A DNA stretch of 64,000 nucleotides from Heptranchias perlo. Taxonomy: Eukaryota. The DNA lies in assembly GCF_035084215.1 (NCBI RefSeq), contig NC_090327.1, positions 117,862,001 through 117,926,000 on the forward strand. Direction: 5' to 3'. Below the pieces are notes generated by a model. It worked only from the letters and a program-made list of their open reading frames with translations, was not told the DNA's origin and did not search any database. The position numbers and the translations under genes were made by a program. Positions 37,521 through 51,076 of this stretch are shown one piece after another (the stretch's first letter is position 1; each line of letters begins with the position of its first letter).

Positions 37521-38927
37521 GTAATGTCTTTAGGGTATTGCCTTCGAGGGTTATTTGGAGCCTTTCTAGAGTTATAAAGAGTCCCTGATGACCACTCTCT
37601 CCCTGCAGGTCAATGAGCCAGCAGGACTGGAGTACTGCAGACTGGTCAGCTCAGCTTATCGACTCGCTTCCAATCTGCCATTGTCAGACATGTCATGGAA
37701 TAAACTCAATCCCAAATAGACCTTACTCGCTATCCTCCTGATCCCTCCCCCTCCCACCCAACTAGGACCTAGGACGACAGTCACTACTTCGTCAAATCCT
37801 TAAGATAATTTTTCCAAGACTAATGTTACATATGGAATTGTAGATTTTCTGAAAGGCTCACAGTTACAGCTGGGAAAGCCATCTTTGGAAGTGAGTTGTC
37901 AAAACAGTCCAAAAGAGTGTTATAAAATCTGAGTTGATGTGGTTTCCAGCATATCTGTCGAATTTCAGCAAGCAGTGCTACATTCCTTCAGCAATGCTCA
38001 CAGCACTGTACCTGGTCCGAGCTCAGCCTGCCACCTGATAATTGATGGTGCTCCCGTTTGCCTGGGCTAGTATCTGCAGGGTTTGACATGCTGACACTAC
38101 CTTACACCACCACACTAAACGAAACCCAACAAGACCGCTTCAGTTTTCTAAAATTAACTAAACTGAGACATTGGACATTCTTTGCCACCATCAGTCTTTT
38201 CACACAGTGAGTTGGCCGAGATTTTTTTTGCTTTGGTGCTTTTGCCGTTGCAATTGTGTCAGCATGAGACTCCCCCCACCGGACAGATCCCCTGATGATA
38301 CCCATTAATTTCCTGGGCTTAGCCTAATTTAAACTTTTTTAGTGTGCCCTTGGTCTGCACTGTGCCGATGGCGGGGGGAGGGGCAGGGTGTGGTGTGGAG
38401 GGGAGGGAGTGAAGAGGTGGGGAGGGGGAGAAATCCCTGCTCCTGCAGGACTCTTGCCAGCCTGTAACAACTTAAAACAGCCGTCTCCCTCCAGGCCAGG
38501 GAAAAGCAACTGGCCTCTCCAGCATGCGACAACATGCCCTGCGATCAATTGCACTCCGAGGGTAGGCTGTTTAATCCTTAAAAAGGCCTCTGCCAGCCCT
38601 ATCAATACTGGGTGCCTGTTGTGTACAAGTGTTCCTTATGTCCAGCATTGCGATGATGGTAATGACAGGACCAGTGGTCTATGACATTACACCACAATTT
38701 CTGCCTTTTTTCCCCACGATGTCCCTTCATATTTGGGCAGGGATGCTCAACATCGGGCAGAAATGGTGGCGCAGGATGGCTATGAGGGCAGAAATGGGTG
38801 GAGACCCAGCGCAACAGCTCCCTTCCCAACTTTCTGCCCCCAACTGCCAGAATTACAATGGAAAACCTCCTTATTAGTCTTACAAATTAGAATTAATCAT
38901 ATAAACTGTTTGTACCCATGTGTTGAC

Positions 38928-39198
38928 TTAGAATCATAGAATGATACAGCACAGAAGGAGGCCGTTCGGCCCATCGTGCCTGTGCCAGCTCTTTGAAAGA
39001 GCTGTCCAAAGATTCCCTGCTCTTTTCCTGTAGCCGTGCAAATTTTTCCACTTCAAGTATTTATCCAATTCTCTTTTGAAAGTTATTATTGAATCTGCTT
39101 CCACCGCCCTTTCAGGCCGTGCATTCCCGATCATAACATCTGGCTGCGTAACATTTTTTTTCCTCATGTCGCCTCTGGTTCTTTTGCCAATTACCTTA
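38928..39198 (-). mobile_element. CR1 3' end fragment
   Basis: PERAVEADSIITFKRELDKYLK; tagaatcatagaat tail. Confidence 0.75.
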
Positions 39199-39479
39199 AG
39201 GCTGTTATTGAGTTTTCAGCTTTTTGGGGCAATATCAATTTATGGTAATTTTCCAGGTTGATACACTTGAGTTTTAGTGATCGAACCTCAAAAAGGATAC
39301 ATGTGTCATCGTAAGGGGTTCAGAGAAGAGTGAGCAGGATGATTCCACGTCTTAGGGCATTAAGTTATGAAGAAAACCTCAAGCAACTAAACTTATTTTC
39401 ACTGGAGAAAAGACTGAGGGGAGACATGACACAGGACTTTGAAATAATCCAAGGGATAGAAGAAGTTGAACAGAGTGCT

Positions 39480-39903
39480 CTATGACCTATATTGGTTCCT
39501 GGTCCAGCGACGCCTCGATTTTAAAATTCTCATCCTCGTTTTCAAAATCGCTCCAAGGCCTCGCTCCTCCCTATTTCTGTAACCTCCTCCAGCCCTACAA
39601 CCCTCCGAGATCTCTGTGCCCCTCCAATCCTGGCCTCTTGCGCATCCCCGAATTCCATCGCTCCATCATTGCCTTCAGCTGCCTCGGCCCTAAGCTCTGG
39701 AATTCCCTCCCTAAACCTCTCCACCTCTCTACCTCTCTCTCCTCCTTTAAGAAGCTCCTTAAAACCTACCTCTTTGACCAAGCTTTTGGTCACCTGTCCT
39801 AATATCTCCTTATGTGGCTCGGTGTCAAATTTTGATTGCTAACGCTCCTGTGAAGCACCTTGGGCTGCATTAAAGGCGCTATATAAATGCAAGTTGTTGT
39901 TGT
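39480..39903 (+). mobile_element. L2-type LINE 3' end
   Basis: LQGLAPPYFCNLLQPY...AFSCLGPKLWNSLP...FKKLLKTYLF; gttgttgttg tail. Confidence 0.85.
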
Positions 39904-40217
39904 TTATGAGTCACTTTCCCTTTCAAAGGTTATGTTGTCCATAAATGGACCTCATGATCCAGGAGCTGCATTTCTCACAGAGATCTCATAATCTCAGGAC
40001 CCTCACAGATCCTGTGTTCACAGTCCCACCACCACCTTCTCAGGACAACCAGAGACAGGCAATAAATGCCGGCCTTGCCAGCAACGCCCACATCTCCAGA
40101 ATGAATTTTTTTTAAATACAAAGCTAGGCTTACTCCCATCATGAACACTGCACCTGTCACATTATTTCCTTCACGGAAAGGTTCTCATGGGTGCCTCAAC
40201 TGAGTTGCTGACTCCAT

Positions 40218-42260
40218 GGGCCCGATTTTACCAGGGGTGCGGGTTCCCGGCGGATGTTCAAGCGGGCGCGATGAAATTAGTGGGTTTCCCGCGCGATCGC
40301 AGCAGGCAACGCACTAATTGGATCCACTTACCTGCTCCTCCGGGTTCCCCGCTGCTGATCTGCGCGTCGGGCGGGCTGCGCATGCGCAGTAAGATCTGTC
40401 AGCTGGAGGCGCTCTATTTAAAGGGATAGTCCTCCACTGACAGATGCTGCAACCAATAGTAAAGATGACTGCATGGAGCAGCTCAGGGGGACGGCTGCTC
40501 CCAGTTTAATGATGCCTCACCCCAGGTATCAATACATGGGGTGAGGAGGAGGAGGAGGACAGAGATCTTCCCCCCGGCGGGCGGGAGGAAGCGGCCTGCC
40601 TCCGCCACCAGGAAGGCCTGGCACGAGGTGGCAGAGGGGGTCACCTGCACCACCAACATATCGCCCACCTGCACACAGTGCAGGAGGCGGTCCAATGACC
40701 TCAGTAGGTCAGCCAAAGTGAGAACACGTAGTCTTTCCCCTACACTCCGTCTGCCACTTCACTGCCCCCACCCCACATCTCCTTCGGCACTGCCAACACT
40801 ACTCTGTCACATCACCCCTCATACCCACTCAAACCTCATCCTCATCTTACCTGCACCTACTCACCTCGCGAGTACTCACCCTGCCACTACCATGCAACCC
40901 AATCCTCATACAATCTCATGGCTCTATCCCATACTCACCCTCTCGTGCATCTCTCTCACGGCCAGCCTCACTCAACCTGCCACCACCTGTGCTGCAGCCA
41001 CAGAGCATGCATCACATATGTGCAGTAGGCAGCGTAAGGCAAACGTGTCGTGAGCATGAAGGGGATGCACAAGGGTGTTTGAGGGTTTGTCATGGTTGTT
41101 ACTTCTATTGAATTTCAGAACAACTCACATCACACATTCTATTGGCACCACTACTGCCATGTCTTCGCGAATCCTGTCCGGTTTGTGCAATAATGCCCGC
41201 TCCTGGGTATCACTATGAGGACGCACCACTGATGCCACCCAGTGTGTCACTGCAGAGTGGGTGTAGGTGTATTTGCAGGGCTCTTCTGCGCAGATGACTG
41301 AGAGACATCGGCGATGTCCCCGGTTGCACCCTGGAAGGCTGTGGAGGAGAAGTTCGGGAGGGCAGTGGTGACTTTGACAGCGACAGGTAGGAAGATGGTG
41401 CACGGGCCAGCCAGGAGCAGTTCGGTATGAAAGAGGCTGCAGATGTCCACGGCTCCATGTCGAGTGACTCTGAGCCTCCGTGTGCACTGCTGCTCAGAGA
41501 GGTCCAGGAGGCTGAGCCTCGGTCTGTGGAACCTGTGGCGAGGGTAGTGCCCTCTGCGACGCGTCTCTCTCTGCGGTAGCCCTCCCTCCTGCTGTACAGG
41601 TGGATGTGTCACAGCACTCTGTTGTGGAGCTCCACGTGTCAGAGGTGGACGGCGTGGATGGCGAGGCTGGTGAGGCTGTTCGCCCTCCGAGGAGGTCATG
41701 ACTGCAGCTACGGCGGCCCCCATCCGCAAGATGTACATCTGAGGGGGTCCGCAAGGTAGGTACATGTCTCCAGACCCCGGGGTAAGTGTGCAGGTTGGTG
41801 ACTTTGACCGTCAGGAGGAGGGTGGTGGAGGCTAAACTTTGTCCCAAGTGACAGAGTGGCCTCCTGCAATGGGTGAGGGTCTCTCCCCCCCCCCCACCAC
41901 CTGTCAAATGGACCTTTGCAGCTGCCACAGGCTGACAGCTGCAACACGTCCATTCGAGCTGGGAGTGTTTCCCCCAGTGTGGGAAACAGTCCCATGTTGA
42001 TCCAAAATCACACACAGTTCCTTAATCAGGTCAGTCAATGACCTGAAATAGCAAAGTAAATACTCTCAAGTGGCATCCCGCTGGCTTTAATTGCCTGCGG
42101 GATTCCCACCAGTGGGGGCTGCGTGCGCACGCTGGCGCGTCAGCGGGGAACCCGGAAGTGGGCGGGATCCAGGCGGGATCCGGTCGGGGTCCTCCATTTC
42201 ACGATTTTCGAGGCCCCCCCGCCGAGAACGCACCCGAGAGCGGGTGCTAAAATCGGGCCC
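40218..42260 (+). mobile_element. Non-autonomous PIF/Harbinger double-deletion derivative, copy 2
   Basis: TIRs GGGCCCGATTTTACCA / TGCTAAAATCGGGCCC; CAT TSD (40215-17, 42261-63); colinear with 21739-23957; Myb ATG at 40473 with an early 1-nt deletion. Confidence 0.92.
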
Positions 42261-42523
42261 CATGAGTAGCTCGTGGTGAGAGTGCATTACCATTCGCTGC
42301 ACCATTACGATGCTTGCAACGAACGCAATGCTCCACTGTAGTAATCGAGCATTTTTGTCACATGTCAAATTGAACTAGACCAATGGAATATGATCTAAAT
42401 ACTCAGGGCAACATGTGCCATAGAGATACAGCTACAGTCCTTGCAGTGTCCACACCACTGTAAGACATTCCTTCTCAAACAGTCAACTACTGTCCCGGCT
42501 GAGATCAGCTAGCTCAGCAAGGT

Positions 42524-42945
42524 ATCAGCTGTGGCTCAGTGGGTAGCACTCTCGTCTCTAAGTCAGAAGGGTGAGTTCACATTCCCACTCCAGCGACTTG
42601 AGCACAAAATCTAGGCTGACACTCCCAATGCAGTACTGTCAGAGGTGCCGTGTTTTAGATGAGACGTTAAACCAAGCTCTCAGGTGGATGTGAAAAGTCC
42701 CATAGCACTATTTCAAGGAAGAGCAGGGGAATTCTCCCCAGTGTCCCGGCCAATATTTATTCCTCAACCAACATCACTAAAACTTATTATCTGGTCATTG
42801 TTTTGTGGGGCCTTGCGCACAAATTGGCTGCCGCGTTTCCTACATTACAACAGTGACGACACTTCAAAGTAATTCATTGGCTGTAAAGCATTTTGGGACA
42901 TCCTGCGATTGTGAAAGACGCTATATAAATGCAAGTCTTTTTTCT
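42524..42945 (+). mobile_element. Near full-length SacSINE1/DeuSINE-like tRNA-derived SINE
   Basis: tRNA head (gtggctcagtgggtagcactctcg...), central domain (cccagtgtcccggccaatatttattcctcaacc), L2-like tail ctatataaatgcaagtc. Confidence 0.8.
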
Positions 42946-43714
42946 TTTACACCAATTCATACAGTAACAGCTTGCAGCTCAGGGAATCGAGAGGATGCCC
43001 CTTGCCTCTGTAATTCACCTGACGCAGCATGATCCTGATACTCTAATTGGACATATCCATAAGGATCAGAAACTCCTAAGTGTAGTCCTAATTCAGGGCC
43101 CGCGCTGAGAGCTGCTTTCAACCTGCTAGAAGCAACCTTACAGTTTGTCGACCAGGCCACCCGATTTGGATGCTGTTTTTAGGTTGAAACCATTAAGGCC
43201 TTTCCACAGCCAATCCAACAGCAAGACTACCAATTTCCACCTCAACAATATTGCACACCTCAATCCTACCCCACCCTCATTGCCCCCATAATATCCCTCA
43301 TTCATTATTAACCTCGAGGCTCAATCTCACCAACATTTCCCTCAATGGTCCCTCATACTCCATTTTACATAAATTCGAACTCAGGCAGAACTCTGATATA
43401 GCATCCTATCCCATACTATGTCCCACTTACCCTCCAACCTGTCCAGTGGCTGCTGATTTCCCCAATGCATTGATTTTAAAATCCTTGTTCTTAGCTCTGC
43501 AACCAGCTCCAGTCCTTCATCCCAGCTGATGCCTTCCACTCTTCTGAGTCTGGACTATTGTGTGCCCCCCCCCACCCCGCCTTTCTCCATTCCCTCAGTA
43601 GCAAAGCCTTCAACCACCATGGCCCTACTCTCTGGGACTCTCCGAAACCCCTCGGCTTCTCTCACCCCTTTCAAAAGCCACCTGAAAACCTACCTCTGAT
43701 CTCCCCTAATATTT

Positions 43715-44347
43715 CAACAACAACAACTTGCATTTGTACAGCGCCTTTAACATAGTAAAACGTCCCAAGGCGCTTCACAAGAACGATTATCAAACAAAAT
43801 TTGACACCGAGCCCATGAGAAGATATTAGGACAGGCGCCCAAAAGCTTCATCAAAGAGGTAGGTTTTAAGGAGCGTCTTACAGGAGAGAGGGGTAGAGAG
43901 GCGAAGAGGTTTAGGGAGGGAATTCCAGAGCTTAGAGCCTTGGCAGCTGAAGGCACGGCCGCCAATGGTGGAGCGATTGAAACAGGAGATGCGCAAGAGG
44001 CAAGAATTGGAGGAGTGCAGAGATCTTGGAGGGTTGTAGGGCTGGAGGAGGTCACAGAGATAGGGAGGGGCGAGACCACGGAGGGATTTGAAAACAAGGG
44101 TGAAAATTTTAAAATCGAGGAGTTGCCAGACCGGGAGCCAATGTAGGTCAGTGAGCACAGGGGTGATGGGTGAACAGGACTTGGTGTGAGTTAGGATATG
44201 GGCAACAAAGTTTTGGATGAGCTCAAATTTATGGAAGGAGGAAGATGGGAGGCCGGCCAGGAGAGCATTGGGATAGTCAAGTCTAGAGGTAACAAAGGCA
44301 TGGATGAGGGTTTCAGCAGTGGATGAGCTGAGGTAGGGCAGAGACGC
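43715..44347 (-). mobile_element. L2-type LINE 3' end, tail-to-tail with an older plus-strand L2 fragment at ~43230-43712
   Basis: LTDLHWLPVWQLLDFKIFTLVFKSLRGLAPPYL...GGRAFS...KLWNSLP. Confidence 0.85.
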
Positions 44348-45888
44348 CTTATTCCTACTCGGTGTCTCTCTTACGAAGCTTCTTGGGATGTTTTGCTACC
44401 ATCAAAAACACCTACATGTGTTGCCATATATCATTTGTGGAAGGAGCAAGCCTAATGTTTTAATAAACCACAAAATAGGGTAATTGTCAGAGACTCCAAG
44501 TCCAGCAACGTCTCACTTGAGCAGGGGTGTCGATTGGAGAATCAGGCGTCAGGGTCAGTGTGTCCCTGGGAGCGAGGCATTCCCGATATCCTGGCCATTG
44601 AAGTGAATAACTAGAAGATTGAGAACCCTGTAATCAAGTATGCTCACCTCCACTCCTGGTTCTCTAATCGGCATTCCCGATGTGGAATCTGGGAGAATTT
44701 ACCACACTGATGTTGGCCTGGCAGCTTGTGTAAACTGTCAAGCCTCAATGTGCAACCTCTGTCGCAATAACTATGGAGACGGTCACATCACTGGAACCAG
44801 TCGATGTGACAGATTACTCTTGTCATATCTATTTACAAATATACCCTGGAATTTTGCAGCAAATTACAGTGAGATTTTCAGTTGCTGACGCTGTTCCTTG
44901 CAATGTCTAATTGTTGCTGTGCTGGGGGGGATCATAGTGATTTAATCACATTTAAATCAATAAAATCAAGCTTCAAAATTCAGCAACTTCACTATCCTGA
45001 ATTTTCATTTTAGAACCTTTAGTCGGTATTGGGTCTGATAATGAATGGCCAGTGCCTGTTGTGTTAATACACATCGAACCCAGAGTCCCATACAGTCAGG
45101 TTCACTCCACACCTGAGGCACTTTGCATGCTCCCAGTGTGAAAGGCCAGTGCACTGGGAGATAGCAGAGTATACACAGGGCCCATTAAAACCCCTTCAGA
45201 TGAGGCCTGCACCACATCAAGCAGCTGAAGTTCCTGAGAGGTGCACTAGCCTCTTAGTGTCCATTACAAACGGGCGCTGCAAGGGAGGGCCGCATGATTT
45301 TAAAGTTTTGTTTATTACCTGGGTGGCCCTGTCAATTCAGTTTACCTGCTGCCTCAGTGTTGGGCCTAAAGGCCTCTTCTGTTCAGGTGCTGTCCTCCTT
45401 CTCCCCCCCTCCCCACTCTCCCCAAAAAGGCCTTTTGTTCCTTAGCACCAGCCACCATTGCTGGTGCCGGAAGTCCCACCCCCGTGAACTCGGAACAACC
45501 TGCAGCAAGTGGAATTCGCATGTATTACAGGGCGAAGTCAGTTCATTTCAAGAGCAGGTGTAGAGAGTGCCTGAGTGGATGGGCCTGGGGGTGGAATGCA
45601 GGGCTGCGTTATCATCCCCATCATTGGCAGCAGTGTCAACAGAGAATGGCTCTTGGTCGAGATCCTACAAACATTAACTGGCTCATGGGGAAAGTCCTGG
45701 CTTTAACCGCCGCCTGTGCGCTTCAGTCTTTTGAATACAAGGGAAATGAGGCCTCCCTGGGATAACGTTCACTGTCAATTCTACTGTAGCTGGTGATATT
45801 GTTATGAAATTTGCACTAAATTCTCTCTCGACATTCAGGTTTCTGAGAGAAGACCTGGCTCTCACTGGCACATGTCCTTGTACTTTGA

Positions 45889-46575
<687 letters not shown>

Positions 46576-46799
46576 TGTTTCACTGCCACCAAACTTTCCA
46601 CTATCTGGGGATCTCAGGTGTATGCTCTGACTACGTGCTAAACACCTGCACCAGTGCTTTAGAGACTGCAGAAATACCATGGCAGCAGGCCAGAGATTTC
46701 AATCTGTGGCTGAGGTTCAAATCAGAAGCAAAACTGTTTCACTGCTGGCACATGCTATATGTTGTATCTCTATTTCCACCCCCCACCCCCCCCACCCAC

Positions 46800-47790
46800 C
46801 TTACTGACATATGCTATCTACTGTATCTCTATTATCCATCCCCAGATGACACATGCTATCTACTGTATCTCTATTATCCACCCCCCTGATGACACATGCT
46901 ATCTACTGTATCTCTATTATCCACCCCCCTGATGACACATGCTATCTACTGTATCTCTATTATCCACCCCCCTGATGACACATGCTATCTACTGTATCTC
47001 TATTATCCACCCCCCTGATGACACATGCTATCTACTGTATCTCTATTATCCACCCCCCTGATGACACATGCTATCTACTGTATCTCTATTATCCACCCCC
47101 CTGATGACACATGCTATCTACTGTATCTCTATTATCCACCCCCCTGATGACACATGCTATCTACTGTATCTCTATTATCCACCCCCCCGATGACACATGC
47201 TATCTACTGTATCTCTATTATCCACCCCCCCGATGACACATGCTATCTACTGTATCTCTATTATCCACCCCCCCTGATGACACATGCTATCTACTGTATC
47301 TCTATTATCCATCCCCTGATGACACATGCTATCTACTGTATCTCTATTATCCACCCCCCTGATGACACATGCTATCTAATGTATCTCTATTATCCACCCC
47401 CCTGATGACACATGCTATCTACTGTATCTCTATTATCCACCCCCCTGATGACACATGCTATCTACTGTATCTCTATTATCCACCCCCCCCGATGACACAT
47501 GCTATCTACTGTATCTCTATTATCCACCCCCCTGATGACACATGCTATCTACTGTATCTCTATTATCCACCCCCCCTGATGACACATGCTATCTACTGTA
47601 TCTCTATTATCCACCCCCCTGATGACACATGCTATCTAATGTATCTCTATTATCCATCCCCTGATGACACATGCTATCTACTGTATCTCTATTATCCACC
47701 CCCCTGATGACACATGCTATCTAATGTATCTCTATTATCCACCCCCCCTGATGACACATGCTATCTACTGTATCTCTATTATCCCCTGCC
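46800..47790. repeat. ~43-bp minisatellite, ~23 copies, variable C-run
   Basis: Unit TGATGACACATGCTATCTACTGTATCTCTATTATCCACCCCCC. Confidence 0.96.
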
Positions 47791-49399
47791 CCCTCCTTCC
47801 TTGCGGGATATATTTCCACTGATGCTGACAGCCTTCTGGTGCCTCACTCAAGAGGCTTATCTTCACGCACTCTCCCCATACCACTTGATGCCTTTTGTGT
47901 CTAGAAATCTATCTAGCTCCTTTTTAAATATATTCTATGCCGTTCTAGTGACTCACTAGAATGGCAATACCTGCAGTGCAGCTCACCAGAGAAGGGAGAC
48001 CAATGAGCCATAATGAGGCAGAAAAAACAGCCCTGAACTCTATTTAGTACGCGGCCAGGTAACGGTCGCCGATTAGGGGAAAGAAAGCCCATGGACAAAA
48101 TCAGTTGGCGCAACACATAAAAAAAAGTAAAATGAATGGTTAGAAGGAAAAAAGGGCAGTGTTGCACAGTAGTACAGTTCATTTATATGTCAGCACATTG
48201 TGCTATGGAGTGTTAAGACATGGGTTTATGGCCATGATTTCCCACACAGTGATCCTGACCTCAAATACATTACGGGACACACTGAGGACAGGCGGAGACA
48301 ACAACAGATGGATGAGCAGGTGCTGTTCTCGAACATTAATGAGCTTTCAGAGTAGCATTGCTAAGAAACTGAGAGCAGGTTGTTTTGCCAACTCTCCTGA
48401 TCACGCATTGAGCCAACCAAAAAAAAAAGGGAGAACTAATTTTTTTTAAAACTAGAAAAACCACAAGACTCTCCAGCTGGATAGGGACTGGTGGCAATGG
48501 CGCCATCCAGTCTCAAACCACTTCCAGTTGTGAATTAGTGATGTCCTTCATTTGTGGGCCAATCCCAGATGGATGTTTCCCTCTATCCCTTTCTCCCAGC
48601 TGCTGTATTCTGAGAAGAGACTTGGCAAATTGAGGGCTCAGTAGGTGGAAAACCCAAGAGAAGAAATATTTAGGAATTTCATCCATTGCCCACTCCTTCA
48701 TAAGGAAAGTCCCAGCCCTAATTCCCCACCTGTCGTGTCACCTGCTACTGCTCAAGCTCTGCAGCCATAAAACTGTGTGCTGCAGATGCAGAATTTCCTG
48801 ATTTTGTGCAGTAACATGTACTAGGTTAGTTCACAAGATCATGAAATTCTGCTTCTGCAGCACTAAGTTAAGTGTCTGGCTACAAGATCAGGGGGCCGGG
48901 ACCGCAGGGGCAAGGAACTAGTTACCGCATCAGGTCTGAGCAAATAAGTTGCCATTATGGATACTCAACCACACTAAACACACAGACCTGTCGCTCCATG
49001 ATGCTCAGTGCATCAATACCCAAGTCTGCCAAGCAATCCCTTGTTGCCAAGAGCCACTACTGCTCTATTCCACATGGCAGGAATAAAGATGCTAATAAAA
49101 GATCCTGAAATCCAATGTAATAAAAAGGAACTTAACTTACTCAGTAGTGGCCTTGGTCATAGACCTTTAAAGATGTTTTTCAGTTGTTCATTTTTTTGTT
49201 GAGCTGTCGACTTTTTAGGGGCTAATCCAGCTTTTTTAAAGCTGTTTGTCGGCCTTTTCGAGTTTTGTAGGTTGGCCAGTTAAATAATCCAGGCACTGTA
49301 GATTGTTGCAGAATGAAAGAATCACGGCTGCTTCCTGGATAACGGGCATTAATGCGCAGGATCATAATTCTGCAGCCTGAAACTACTTGCGTATTCAAT

Positions 49400-50298
49400 G
49401 GGGTCTCCTCTTCTTCATCTACGTGCAGCCCCTTGGCGACATCATCCGCAGACATGGGGTCAGCTTCCACAGGTATGTCAGTGACACCCAGCCCTACCTT
49501 TCCACAACCTCTCAGCTGCTTCTGTGCTAAATGGCCACATCAAGTCTAGGATAAGTCACAGATTCTTGCAGCAAACTCTGCCACAAACTCTGCTCCCTTG
49601 CCACCGATTCCTTCCCCTTTGCCAATGCCTGTCTCTGGCTCAACCAGGCCTTTATCAATGTTGGCATTCTGTTTGACCCTGAGCTTAGTTTCAGAGCCCT
49701 CATCCTCTCCATTACAAAGATCACTTACTTCCACCTCTGCAACATTGCCCACCTCTGTTCAATCACCGTTGAAACCCTCATGCATTTCTTCTTCATCTCC
49801 AGACTTGACTACTCCAATGCTCTCCTTGCTAGTCTCCATCCACCACCCCACATAATCTCCAACTTGTGCAAAACTCTGCCGCACTCATCTTGTCCAGACC
49901 AAGTCCCGCTCACTAATTACCCCCGTCTTTGCTGGCCTACTTTTGTTCTCCGTCCCCATTCACATTAAATTTAAAATCCTCGTCGTTATCTTTATATTCC
50001 TGAATGGCCTCCAATCCCACCCTACCTATGCAATCTCTTCCAGTCCAACATCCCCTCCAACACTCAGTTCCTCTGACTCTTCCTTTTGTCCAATCATTGG
50101 TGGCAGAGCCTGCGTCCCTCTCCACCACCCTCACTTCCTTTAAAAACCTTCACAAAACCTGTGTCTTCACCAAGCTTCCGGTCACCCCTCCTAATCTTTC
50201 CTTTCCTGACTCGGCATCCATTTTCCCTTTGTCTATTTCTGAAGTGCCTTCAGGATGTATTTTTACGTTAAAGTAGCTATATAAATAAAAGTTGTTAT
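49400..50298 (+). mobile_element. Degenerate L2-type LINE 3' portion
   Basis: FISRLDYSNALL, IKFKILV motifs; tail ctatataaataaaagttgtt. Confidence 0.75.
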
Positions 50299-51076
50299 CG
50301 TCATGTGGAGCTTCGATGGCCACGTGGGTTCCATCTATAATACTCTGGACTCTTGGAAAGCCTGAAACCAGTAACAGTTCAATGCCCTCTCCAGTTGGCG
50401 TCTCCTTTTCAACAGGAATGTGACAAAAATGTTTTCCTCTGGCAAACATGGCATCAGTTACTTGTTTTATATAGGAATTAACTGAAGACTTGCTTATCTA
50501 GCAAATGTCCTCTGCAGTAGCTGACAAAGACCTTGGGCTCGATTTTACCAGCGGGTTCCGGGTGCGTTCCCGGCGGGGGGGGCGTCGAAAATCGCGATAT
50601 CCAGGTGCGTCACCGGATCGCGCCTCGATCCCGGCCACTTCCAGGTTCCGCACCGACGTGCGGGGTTGCGTGCGCAGCCCCCGCTGGTGGGAATCCCGCA
50701 GGCAATTAAAGCCAGCGGGATGCCACTTGAGTGTACTTACCTTGCTTGTTGAGGTCATTAAATGACGTGATTCAGCTGTCCTAATAGGAAGTGTGGGATT
50801 TTACCTTCAACCGAGACTGTTTCACACACTGGGGGAAACAGTCTCACTCCAACCGGACGTGTAGCAGCCAGCAGCCTGTGGCAGCTGCCAAGGTGCACTC
50901 CACAGGGGGGGGGGGGAAAGCCCTCACCCACGCAGGAGGCCACCGCGGCACATAGGGCAACCCCTGCCCTCCAACACCCCCCTCCAAGCCAGAGGAAACA
51001 CCGACGTGAAACCGCAGCCCCAGTGCGAGGAAACACCTACCTACCCTGCACAACTCCTCAGACCAACACCTGCCAG

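Noticed and set aside
42524-42590. tRNA gene (also 26118 and ~46500-46575)
   Set aside because: The A/B-box-like sequence is the tRNA-derived head of a SINE and continues into the SINE body; no complete cloverleaf.
46800-47790. CRISPR-like array (also considered for the 48-, 32- and 27-bp arrays)
   Set aside because: Units are directly tandem with no unique spacers, no cas genes are present, and the context is eukaryotic.
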